Virus record (IMG/VR): IMGVR_UViG_3300033555_000001
Location: 192,001 to 256,000 of that record
DNA length: 64,000 bases
From: a virus
Lineage: Duplodnaviria > Caudoviricetes
Direction: 5' to 3' (one strand)
The position numbers were made by a program, and so were the translations under genes. The notes below the pieces were generated by a model, which saw only the letters and a list, made by a program, of their open reading frames with translations, was not told where the DNA came from and searched no databases. Positions 44,967 through 53,240 of the stretch are shown in pieces; the stretch's first letter is position 1; each line of letters begins with the position of its first letter.

Positions 44967-45470
44967 ATGGCAGTTGAACAAGCAGTTGAACCAGCAGCGT
45001 TAATAATAAACGCATTTGGATATAGTATAAATTTGGCAACTGTATTAGTTGCACTGTTAATCATTGGCGTTGTGTACGGTATCTACAAAGTGCAAAGTTC
45101 AACACGCCTTGATTTTGCTGATATGGTAACTCGAGACGGCAGCAAAGTATCGCTGTCAAAATTTTTACAACTGATTGGCGGGCTTGCTTGTACCTGGTTT
45201 ATTTTAAAGACCGGTCTTAACGGCACCTTGAGCGAGGGAATTTTTGGTATCTATCTTACCTTTATTGCTTCCATTGAAGGATTCAGTAAGTTTATGACTG
45301 CTAAGTACAACTACAGCGAAACATCAGTTCGTGATGCAAAGTCCCACGACGGCGATGATGAATCAGTGCAGGAATCTTTAAAAGAGGCCGCGACTTCTGC
45401 AGGTGAAGCAGCGCTGAACGCAAGAGAAGCTCAAACCACGGTTAAAAATATCGCCAGTGATTTGAAGTAA
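44967..45470 (+). CDS. Multi-TM late membrane protein, holin candidate
   Basis: Three hydrophobic segments, charged C-terminus, TAAATA upstream. Confidence 0.4.
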   Translation: MAVEQAVEPAALIINAFGYSINLATVLVALLIIGVVYGIYKVQSSTRLDFADMVTRDGSKVSLSKFLQLIGGLACTWFILKTGLNGTLSEGIFGIYLTFIASIEGFSKFMTAKYNYSETSVRDAKSHDGDDESVQESLKEAATSAGEAALNAREAQTTVKNIASDLK

Positions 45471-45533
45471 TTGTAACCCGTGTGTATACTGTTACAACTT
45501 AGCAGTATACACGCGGTGGGATCAAGATATAAT
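45471..45533 (+). promoter_or_regulatory. Promoter embedded in overlapping inverted repeats
   Basis: IR 45478-45491/45503-45516 and TTGTAAC/GTTACAA 45471-45497; TATAAT at about 45529. Confidence 0.55.
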
Positions 45534-45567
45534 AAACATGTATTCTTTACTGATTAAGGGAGACACT

Positions 45568-45684
45568 ATGTTTCGCCATTTTTTCTGCAAGCTGCTTCGC
45601 AAAAATGAATCTGTTACTGTTGAACGGTTAACGCAATATGGGTTTCCTTATATTGCTCAAGTGTGTAAGTGCTGCGGAAAGTAA
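45568..45684 (+). CDS. 38-aa Cys-rich peptide
   Basis: GGGAG RBS; MFRHFFCKLLRKNES...CKCCGK. Confidence 0.55.
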   Translation: MFRHFFCKLLRKNESVTVERLTQYGFPYIAQVCKCCGK

Positions 45685-45702
45685 TATTGCTCACGTCTGG
45701 AG

Positions 45703-45909
45703 ATGACAATGAAGGGTTGGGGCGCTCAAGACGATTTTCAAGAACAAATCGAAGCAACGGTTAGTGACCGCTTATGGGCAGCCCGCGCAAATTTATCAAG
45801 ACCTGGTTCATTAGACTGTATTGACTGCGGTTATTCAATACCACGTGCTCGCAGACTTGCACTGCCCTCTGCACGGCGCTGCGTTCAATGTCAGTCTGAT
45901 TATGAATAA
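45703..45909 (+). CDS. TraR/DksA C4 zinc-finger protein
   Basis: CIDCGYSIPRARRLALPSARRCVQCQ. Confidence 0.85.
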   Translation: MTMKGWGAQDDFQEQIEATVSDRLWAARANLSRPGSLDCIDCGYSIPRARRLALPSARRCVQCQSDYE

Positions 45910-46008
45910 TTAGGTTGTAGTGCTCACTGTGTCAACCTATTTTCAAGCTTTATCTAATCTGTTATAAGATATAATCTAGCAATTAGCGTAGAGAATAAGC
46001 ACCACATA

Positions 46009-46443
46009 ATGAGACCTAAAAATAAACAACACAAGTTAGATATTCTGTTCATGGATCTTGCCGATCGAATTGGCCTGATGTCCTATGCAACACGGGCCAA
46101 GGTTGGCGCCATTGTGGTAAAAGATGATAACATTATTTCTATGGGGTGGAATGGTACCCCGTCTGGCATGGACAACTGTTGCGAAGTACTAGACGAAAAT
46201 GGAGTGCTGACAACAAAGCCAGAAGTACTTCATGCAGAGAGCAATGCGCTCATGAAGCTCTCCGCTGGCAGCTCCGTAGGAGCAAGTGGCGCCACCATGT
46301 ACTGTACTTATTCCCCATGTCCTGAGTGCGCAAAACTAATCAAGCAAGCAAAAATCCTGAGAGTTGTCTATCGTAACGTATACCGGCTGACCGATGGCAT
46401 TGACATGCTTAAAAACTTAAATGTGCAAGTTGATAAAATATAG
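46009..46443 (+). CDS. dCMP deaminase
   Basis: KVGAIVV..GWNGTPSG; HAESNA; PCPEC. Confidence 0.92.
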   Translation: MRPKNKQHKLDILFMDLADRIGLMSYATRAKVGAIVVKDDNIISMGWNGTPSGMDNCCEVLDENGVLTTKPEVLHAESNALMKLSAGSSVGASGATMYCTYSPCPECAKLIKQAKILRVVYRNVYRLTDGIDMLKNLNVQVDKI

Positions 46444-46524
46444 TGTACAACCTGAAAAAGTTGTAGTACAATGGTTTTGTTGGTTAAATTTGATTGTCCT
46501 CTTTATAAAACTTTGGAGTTATCT

Positions 46525-46869
46525 ATGTCAAACGTTCTTCGCCGCCAGAATACAAATCGTGTTGACTTTGACCCACAAAACACTGAGCATGTGAAATCGC
46601 TGGAAAAGTTTCTTGTTACCGGTAATTGGGGTTCAGTTCAGTTCTTTCATGAAGAGCCCTACAATAACGTGCCAATGACTGTGCTGGTTAAATTTGCCCT
46701 TGCTGCCCTTGGTAACAAAAAAGCCGAAACCCCAGCAGAGCGCAGTACGCGTATACGCACGCAGTCGGCGGCCAATAAAACTGCACGTGCTGATAACGCT
46801 TCTGGCATAGGAGATTTTGGCGGACGCCGTGAAAACCGCACGACCGCCTCCCCCTTATTTCGAGCATAA
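46525..46869 (+). CDS. Hypothetical protein
   Basis: GGAG RBS; TGTACA-17-TACAAT promoter at 46444-46472. Confidence 0.6.
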   Translation: MSNVLRRQNTNRVDFDPQNTEHVKSLEKFLVTGNWGSVQFFHEEPYNNVPMTVLVKFALAALGNKKAETPAERSTRIRTQSAANKTARADNASGIGDFGGRRENRTTASPLFRA

Positions 46870-47423
46870 TGAAAGAGCTTTTTACTGAACTTGCCGGTCG
46901 AACCTTGCGGTTTGACGGCGTCTCAATCCTCCACCCTTCACAAGTGGAGGATTTTTTGTTACGCGGTCTTGACGTTACACAAATCCGCGTATCCGAAATT
47001 TCTCCCGAAATAGAACAGTTTAATCAATGTGTTACCGAGGCCGAGCAGCTCTGCCTCTCGGCAAAAGAGCCGGTATCTTTTGATTTGTCATGGATTTTGC
47101 CGCCGGAGTTTTTAGCTCTTAATGTACAAGAACATGTGCTTAAAGTTTTTGAGGACAGAATACCAGGATTAAAATATTCAGACGAGGAGCTTGACCAAGC
47201 TGTTGAGAGAGTTGCTCTTGAATTAGAAGAGTATCAGGTCCGTGGGTTATACGATTTGCTGCGTGTCATCATTTATATACTGCACGTGTTTAAAGCTAAC
47301 AATCAAATCTATGGCGTAGGCCGAGGATCTTCCTGCGCCAGCTTTATTTTATTTTTGCTGGGGCTGCATGTCGTGGATTCAATTAAATTTGAAGTTCCAC
47401 TGGAAGAGTTCTTTCACGACTGA
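46869..47423 (+). CDS. DNA polymerase III alpha-like, N-terminal palm fragment
   Basis: ERVALEL...YGVGRGSSCASFILFLLGLHVVDSIKF..PLEEFF parallels DnaE GRGS motif region. Confidence 0.85.
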   Translation: MKELFTELAGRTLRFDGVSILHPSQVEDFLLRGLDVTQIRVSEISPEIEQFNQCVTEAEQLCLSAKEPVSFDLSWILPPEFLALNVQEHVLKVFEDRIPGLKYSDEELDQAVERVALELEEYQVRGLYDLLRVIIYILHVFKANNQIYGVGRGSSCASFILFLLGLHVVDSIKFEVPLEEFFHD

Positions 47424-48199
47424 TTGCCAATGCTCTTCCGCGCTTTTTGATCAAGTGACGGCCGATGAGCTGCTTTACCAATATCAAGAGAGGCTTTATA
47501 TCTAAAAATCTTGTCATTTAAATCAATATCCAAAGTGTTAGCAATTGGATCTAGAATTACAAGTTGATCTCCCCTCAACATTATATTACCTGAGTGAAGA
47601 TCCATAAAGTCAGTTTCACCGTCTATTAATTCAGAAATGTCAATATACGTTTTTACTAGATTAACAATATCTTTTGAAATGTCAGACGGGCCATGCGTGC
47701 GTCGAATGTTTGGGTATTTCTCTGGATCTAAACTGATAGCGTAACTGTATATTCTAGCCATGTAAACCTTTTCGTCAACGTTATCAGCTAGAATTTCTTG
47801 CAAATCGTTAAAATTTATTGTTATTTCCAAATCTGCAAAAATCCTAAATTTAACGTCGTGCGGGTTTTCTACTGGCGCCAACATTTCCAGCTTAATGTAC
47901 TGCACATAGTCTGGTGCATTTCTATCTCTTAGAAAAAATGCCGGCAACTTTTTAATTTTAGACTTAACGCGAGGCATTAACGGATTTGATTGATTAGCAA
48001 TCGCGTACCGTATAAACTTTTCATAAGCGCTGTCAAAATACCAAAATTTATACACGTCTGTTCCGTCAGTAAGAGCAACGGCATTGGCGCCCTTTTCTAA
48101 ATTTCTCAGAAATTTACCGGTCTGATCCATGTACCTTATTACGTCATTTGCGGTTTTGTCTGCAAACTTTTTAACGCCCAGCAATTCTTGTATTTTCAT
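47414..48199 (-). CDS. Ser/Thr protein kinase (T7 gp0.7-like) with capsid-targeting-like N-terminus
   Basis: KGANAVA..VYKF; LEML; DLHSGNIM...ILDP; MKIQELL; TAAATA on minus strand at 48224-48229. Confidence 0.7.
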   Translation of the reverse strand: MKIQELLGVKKFADKTANDVIRYMDQTGKFLRNLEKGANAVALTDGTDVYKFWYFDSAYEKFIRYAIANQSNPLMPRVKSKIKKLPAFFLRDRNAPDYVQYIKLEMLAPVENPHDVKFRIFADLEITINFNDLQEILADNVDEKVYMARIYSYAISLDPEKYPNIRRTHGPSDISKDIVNLVKTYIDISELIDGETDFMDLHSGNIMLRGDQLVILDPIANTLDIDLNDKIFRYKASLDIGKAAHRPSLDQKARKSIGNQS

Positions 48200-48316
48200 A
48201 ATAGACCAATATTGTTAGTCCAATATTTAGCGCTTAAAATCATCCCGGTGAACTGCCGGCCGGAAAAGATAAATACACTACATGTCCATACCGGGCAATT
48301 CCAGGAGAATTTCTCA

Positions 48317-48550
48317 ATGCCAATCGCATCCCGTTCTGCGCGTGGTGACTTTGTAGACTTTGAACTACTTGCAATCAAAGCACAACTCGCATCAGTACCA
48401 GTTCCAAAACCAGTTGACGCCCGGCGCGTTGCCATTGAAGAGCGTGAAGGCTTAAAGCCTGCAGCAGCTCCGGCAATTGATGAGCTGCTTGCACTTGCAG
48501 CAGAATCGGCCAGTCAGTCAGCAAAAGCGGCCTCACCAAAGCGCAAGTAA
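48317..48550 (+). CDS. Hypothetical late protein
   Basis: GGAG RBS; TAAATA at 48270. Confidence 0.6.
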   Translation: MPIASRSARGDFVDFELLAIKAQLASVPVPKPVDARRVAIEEREGLKPAAAPAIDELLALAAESASQSAKAASPKRK

Positions 48551-48643
48551 TACTGTCAACACGATTGTTTGTTATTTGACGCACGGTAGCAGACTATAAT
48601 CTACTGTACTCTGGCACACCACTACGGACCATACCCAAATTAT

Positions 48644-48964
48644 ATGCAAGCACTTACACCTATTGGTAACAACGTTTTATTTCAATTTCTTGACGAAACA
48701 CTTGGTGCTCAAGGCGCCTTTTCAGAGCGCACTAGATCGGGGCTTATTGTCCCAACGCTCATGAAGACGCAAAAGTGCGAGCGCTGGGGTCGTGTTACTG
48801 CCACAGGCGCAGACGTTACTGGCATTGCAGTCGGTGACCTTATTATGATTGAGCCACTCATGTGGACAAAGCACGTTGAATTCCAGGGTGAAAAAGTCTG
48901 GAAAACAAATACTGATAAGATCATGATGGTAAGCAATGATCTTGCAATGACGGTTCAATTCTAA
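48644..48964 (+). CDS. GroES-like co-chaperonin 1
   Basis: LTPIGNNVLF...GLIVP...GRVTATG..V.VGD. Confidence 0.7.
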   Translation: MQALTPIGNNVLFQFLDETLGAQGAFSERTRSGLIVPTLMKTQKCERWGRVTATGADVTGIAVGDLIMIEPLMWTKHVEFQGEKVWKTNTDKIMMVSNDLAMTVQF

Positions 48965-48972
48965 GGATAATC

Positions 48973-49257
48973 ATGGACATTCGCGCAACTCAAGACCGGG
49001 TACTTGTTGAACCACGCTTTGCTGAACAAACATCACTAGCCGGAATTTATCTGGGCGAGGGTGAAATGCTGAACGAGGGAACTGTACTCGCAGTCGGCCC
49101 AGGGCTGATGAACAAAGCAAAAACTGCTCACATTCCTGTTGGTGTTAACGTTGGCGATACTGTCGTCTTTGTAATTGGTGCGGGTGCCCAAACCACCGTT
49201 GGCCGTAACCGCGTGCTTGTATTGCGGGAGTCCGACGTTCTTGCCGTTCAAGAATGA
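48973..49257 (+). CDS. groES: GroES co-chaperonin 2
   Basis: IRATQDRVLVE...AGIYL...GTVLAVGPG...VNVGDTV...LRESDVLAV. Confidence 0.85.
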   Translation: MDIRATQDRVLVEPRFAEQTSLAGIYLGEGEMLNEGTVLAVGPGLMNKAKTAHIPVGVNVGDTVVFVIGAGAQTTVGRNRVLVLRESDVLAVQE

Positions 49258-50582
49258 TTTTAATTGTCTTCACGTTCCTAGCCGCCTTTTTAATTGAGGC
49301 GCTGGGTACCGCAACAAGCGTAATCGGATTAAGCGCAATGTTTGGCTCTAATCCTATTATCATTTCGCTTGCCATGGCGCTTGACCTGGGAAAAATCGTA
49401 ACTGTCACGCTGCTATACACATACTGGAGCTCGCTGGGCCGGTTGATGAAGACTTACGCTCTTATTGCTGCCGCTATCACAATGATAATTACCAGTGCTG
49501 GAGCAGCTGCGTATCTGAGCGCTGAGTTCCAGGCCGCCATTCAGGGAACACAAGAGATCTCACTAAAAGTTGACGTTCTGAAAAAGCAACAGCAGAAATA
49601 TGAAGAGCGCAAAAAGCAAATTGACGATCAAATTATAAAGCTTCCAGAAAAAACAACCGTTAATCAGCGCATTAGACTGATCAACGCTTTTAAAGCTGAG
49701 CAAAAAGAGCTGCAAGAGAAAATTAACGAGATCGACAAAACACTGCCAACCATGCAGATCACTCAGATTGGCGCTGAAACAAAAGCCGGTCCTATTGTGT
49801 ACATTGCCAAGGCGTTCAACACTTCTGTTGAGGCCACCGTTAAGTACGTGATCCTCTTGATCATCATTGTATTTGACCCACTGGCTGTGTTCTTGATAGT
49901 TGCTGGTAATTCAATGTTGAGTATCCGCCGAGCAGCAAAAGCGGCGGCTGCGTTAGCCGAGCAGCTCCCTACACCGCAAGAGAGTTTACCCCCTGCACCA
50001 TCGCCCGTTGAGCCGCCGCCCGCAGTACCTGCACCGCAAAATACAGAGCCCGTTGTGCAGGATAAGATTAGTTATGAGACGCTTGATGGTGTTAACGAAG
50101 AATTACGACTGGCCAAGGAAATTAGGAATATTGACTTTGTAGCGCCTGTTGAGACGCCTGTTGAGACGCCTGTTGAGACGCCTGTTGAGACGCCTGTTGA
50201 GACGCCTGTTGAGACGCCTGTTGAGACGCCTGTTGTAAACACTGTGAAGTATCTAAAGGCTTCACGCCCACCTTTAAAAAACACTCTACATAAAATTGTT
50301 TCTAACTATTTGGCAAAGCACCCTAAAGTTAAAAAAGTTTTGCCCATTAAACTAGAAGTAGAGCCTGAAGTAGAGCTGCCAGAGCAATTGTCGCTCATTG
50401 CTGCTCCAGCAACAACAGCGCCAGAATCTGATCGCGAAGAAATCACACTTGATCAGCTTAGGCCAGCTCCTGTAGCGCAGTCATCCTTGACTGACGTGGG
50501 TCCTAATTTAAATGATCCCGTGATCTTTATTACTGACCCGCGCACCGCAGTTTCCTCTAATTACTACAGGAACCTTACTTAA
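49254..50582 (+). CDS. Multi-TM coiled-coil membrane protein with Pro-rich tail
   Basis: N-terminal TMs, coiled coil, FDPLAV TM, PVET repeats. Confidence 0.65.
   Translation: MILIVFTFLAAFLIEALGTATSVIGLSAMFGSNPIIISLAMALDLGKIVTVTLLYTYWSSLGRLMKTYALIAAAITMIITSAGAAAYLSAEFQAAIQGTQEISLKVDVLKKQQQKYEERKKQIDDQIIKLPEKTTVNQRIRLINAFKAEQKELQEKINEIDKTLPTMQITQIGAETKAGPIVYIAKAFNTSVEATVKYVILLIIIVFDPLAVFLIVAGNSMLSIRRAAKAAAALAEQLPTPQESLPPAPSPVEPPPAVPAPQNTEPVVQDKISYETLDGVNEELRLAKEIRNIDFVAPVETPVETPVETPVETPVETPVETPVETPVVNTVKYLKASRPPLKNTLHKIVSNYLAKHPKVKKVLPIKLEVEPEVELPEQLSLIAAPATTAPESDREEITLDQLRPAPVAQSSLTDVGPNLNDPVIFITDPRTAVSSNYYRNLT
50143..50235 (+). repeat. Perfect 12-bp tandem repeat (7.75 units) encoding (PVET)7
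   Basis: cgcctgttgaga x7 plus a partial unit. Confidence 0.97.
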
Positions 50583-50598
50583 ATTAACCTGACATGCT

Positions 50599-50638
50599 GC
50601 CGGTAGAATACAATATCTTTTATTTGTATTCTAACGGT
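50599..50638 (+). promoter_or_regulatory. Hairpin containing TACAAT upstream of clamp-loader gene
   Basis: GCCGGTAGAATACAA...TTGTATTCTAACGGT; core shared with 35681-35719. Confidence 0.45.
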
Positions 50639-50657
50639 AACTCTTGGGAGTTTAAGC

Positions 50658-51572
50658 ATGGCACTTAACAAGCTGTGGTGTGAATCATATCGCCCACGCA
50701 ATTTGGCACAGGTAATTTTTGCCAATGACCGCGAACGTTCTACTTTCCAGGCCATGGTTGATCAGGGCTCAATGCCTAACTTGTTGATTGTTGGCCATCC
50801 TGGCACAGGCAAAACTTCTATTTCCGGTGCGCTCCTCTCTGAATTTAATGTGCTGCGTGAAGACACGCTCAGAATTAACTGCTCAGACGAAAAGATTGAC
50901 GCACTGCGAGACAAAGTTAAAACATTTGCGTACACCATGCCAGCGGGTGCCTTTAAGGTTGTACAGCTTGAGGAAATGGATTACTTATCTCTTGATGCGC
51001 AAGCCTTGCTGCGTGGCCTAATCGAAGAGGTAAGCTTTAGTTGCCGCTTTATTGCCACCGCTAACTACTCCAACAAAATCTTGCCGCCAATCCGGTCGCG
51101 GTTCCAAGAATTTACTTTTAGCTCGCCTAACAGAGATGAAATTCTGATACGCATGGCTGAAATTCTGGAGCAAGAACAAATTACGTTTGAGCTTGACGAC
51201 CTAGAGAAGGTGATCAGCGCCTCCTATCCGGACGTTCGTAAGACTCTACAGCTTTTAGAGCAGGGATCAAAGAGCGGCACGCTGGTGATCACTGGTGGTG
51301 AATCAGCTGCTGATTGGAAGCTTGAACTTTTACCACTGCTTGAAAGCAGCGACTTAAAGGCTGCGCGAACTCTTGTGTGCACTAGCGCCTCAAAAGAAGA
51401 ACTGCAGGACATCTACAGATTTCTGTACGAGAACATTCATCGCGTTCCTAAACTCGCGGACAAACAAGATAGCGCAGTAATCTTAATTGCTCAGTACCAG
51501 TACCAGCACATGTTTGTGGCTGACGTTGAAATTCAAATTGCTGCCTTGTTTATCGAACTCTCGGCACTATAA
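50658..51572 (+). CDS. Clamp loader AAA+ subunit (gp44/RFC small-like)
   Basis: WCESYRP; GHPGTGKT; LEEMDYL; ATANY...IRSRF. Confidence 0.92.
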   Translation: MALNKLWCESYRPRNLAQVIFANDRERSTFQAMVDQGSMPNLLIVGHPGTGKTSISGALLSEFNVLREDTLRINCSDEKIDALRDKVKTFAYTMPAGAFKVVQLEEMDYLSLDAQALLRGLIEEVSFSCRFIATANYSNKILPPIRSRFQEFTFSSPNRDEILIRMAEILEQEQITFELDDLEKVISASYPDVRKTLQLLEQGSKSGTLVITGGESAADWKLELLPLLESSDLKAARTLVCTSASKEELQDIYRFLYENIHRVPKLADKQDSAVILIAQYQYQHMFVADVEIQIAALFIELSAL

Positions 51573-51814
51573 TGGATATTAAAAAAGGTACACAGTTTAG
51601 AATCCTACAACAGACTGATGGCGATCACTCGCGGTTCTTTGTACAGCAGCGGGTGGCTGGCGCATGGGTTACCGCAACAACAGTCAACGAAGAAAACAGC
51701 GTAGTAATTATGTGGTTCCGCGGAATTGACAATGCCAGAAACTACATCGACACTTTTGAAAGCGACCACAACCGCAACAAAAACTTTGTTGTTGAACAGC
51801 GAGTGGTGTTCTAA
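51572..51814 (+). CDS. Hypothetical protein
   Basis: Coupled on both sides. Confidence 0.5.
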   Translation: MDIKKGTQFRILQQTDGDHSRFFVQQRVAGAWVTATTVNEENSVVIMWFRGIDNARNYIDTFESDHNRNKNFVVEQRVVF

Positions 51815-52332
51815 TGGCCTTTGATAAGAGCACTTTTGATTTGTTTGCGTTTCTTGGGCAGCTTAATAAGCGCAGTTCTACGGCGTACACTGAGCTCAGT
51901 GAAGAGGGCAAAAAAGCAGCCCATCCTCTGGTAGTGATGCGCTGGCTCAGCGGTACCAGCGATGCCGGACAAATTGTACGATTAAACACATTTGCTAACA
52001 GATATGTTTTTAGTCTTGGCAGTCATAAAGAACTCTTGTTTAAACTGCTGGCAGCCTCTTGCACCGGGCGTGGCAGCCGTGCGCAGTGGATTAAAGGCCC
52101 CAGCGGTACCTCAACGCGGCTGGCACTGGACGCCATTACTCAGAAATATGAGTGCTCTAACCGTGAGGCTCAGGACTATCTTGAGCTCTTGGAACCGGCC
52201 GATGTTATAGGATATGCAGAAGAGCTTGGTTGGGAAAAAGAGCAGTGCAAGAAACTATTATTAGAATTGGGCAAGGACGATGACACTCGACCGCGAAGCA
52301 CTAAGAAGGGCAGCAGCAAGCCGAAGAAGTGA
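51814..52332 (+). CDS. Putative second clamp-loader subunit (gp62-like)
   Basis: FDLFAFL...YTELSEEGKK..HPLVVMRWLS; adjacent to gp44-like gene. Confidence 0.6.
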   Translation: MAFDKSTFDLFAFLGQLNKRSSTAYTELSEEGKKAAHPLVVMRWLSGTSDAGQIVRLNTFANRYVFSLGSHKELLFKLLAASCTGRGSRAQWIKGPSGTSTRLALDAITQKYECSNREAQDYLELLEPADVIGYAEELGWEKEQCKKLLLELGKDDDTRPRSTKKGSSKPKK

Positions 52333-53026
52333 TGGGTCCGCGCCCGCGCCACAGAGCGCGGACTGGCGCTGCGAATATTGTGCGCGCTCGTTTATGACCG
52401 AGAACGGATTTATGGGACACCACTGCCCAGACCAGGAGAGACAGGAAGAAATAAAGTCTCCGCGCGGCCAAGCGGCGTATTCGTACTATGCAGAGTGGAT
52501 GCGTCTTAAGAAACGCTCTGTTCCGGCTCTTGACAGATTTGCCGCCTCAAAGCAGTACACTCCATTTATTAAATTCACGGACTGGGTAGAGCGCACCGCA
52601 ATTCCAAATCCCTTGCAGTTTATTAAAGTCATGGTGGACACTGAGGTGCAACCAGTACTGTGGTGCAGAGACAATACTTTTGCCATGTACCTGCAGTGGT
52701 ACGATACAATGTACCCGCCCACCGAGCAATTTTTAGAAACCTTTGACACGCTTACTGTGTTGGCACTGGATCATGGTGTAGCGCTTGATAAGATATATGA
52801 AACCCTGGGAGCCAAAGAAATTGCGCGTCTGGTAAAGCGCCGGAAATTATCACCGTGGTTGTTAGGTCTGTCGCGCAAATTCTTGACGTGGTTAAGCGCA
52901 CAACCATCAGCCGAAAAAACTATGGTTGGCGATGCAATTAATCTTGGCGCCTATGCTGCAAAGTTCCAGGCCCAAAGCGTGCTGTCTAATGAACTCAGTG
53001 AAGCCTGCAAGGCAATGAATGTTTAA
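52280..53026 (+). CDS. Hypothetical protein with C2H2-like zinc motif
   Basis: CEYCARSF..ENGFMGHHC. Confidence 0.65.
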   Translation: MTLDREALRRAAASRRSDGSAPAPQSADWRCEYCARSFMTENGFMGHHCPDQERQEEIKSPRGQAAYSYYAEWMRLKKRSVPALDRFAASKQYTPFIKFTDWVERTAIPNPLQFIKVMVDTEVQPVLWCRDNTFAMYLQWYDTMYPPTEQFLETFDTLTVLALDHGVALDKIYETLGAKEIARLVKRRKLSPWLLGLSRKFLTWLSAQPSAEKTMVGDAINLGAYAAKFQAQSVLSNELSEACKAMNV

Positions 53027-53240
53027 TGAACCAATCTTTGCTGGATACCCAGTAAGCACCAAGGTCTTCTATCGTCGGTTGTTTTATATGCTGGCGCTTA
53101 ACATAGTTGCCGTTGAACTAAAAGTGTATGACGTGGTGTTGTGTGACACGGTTGATCCGTTAGAGTTTGACCGGTTTAGAGTTGCAATGCCAGAAATTCA
53201 AGCCAAGGTACAAATCATTAAAAGTAATCGGAGAAATTAA
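53019..53240 (+). CDS. Hypothetical protein
   Basis: Coupled on both sides. Confidence 0.5.
   Translation: MFNEPIFAGYPVSTKVFYRRLFYMLALNIVAVELKVYDVVLCDTVDPLEFDRFRVAMPEIQAKVQIIKSNRRN

Noticed and set aside
50143-50235. Possible CRISPR array
   Set aside because: Contiguous 12-bp units with no spacers, in frame within a CDS; no cas genes
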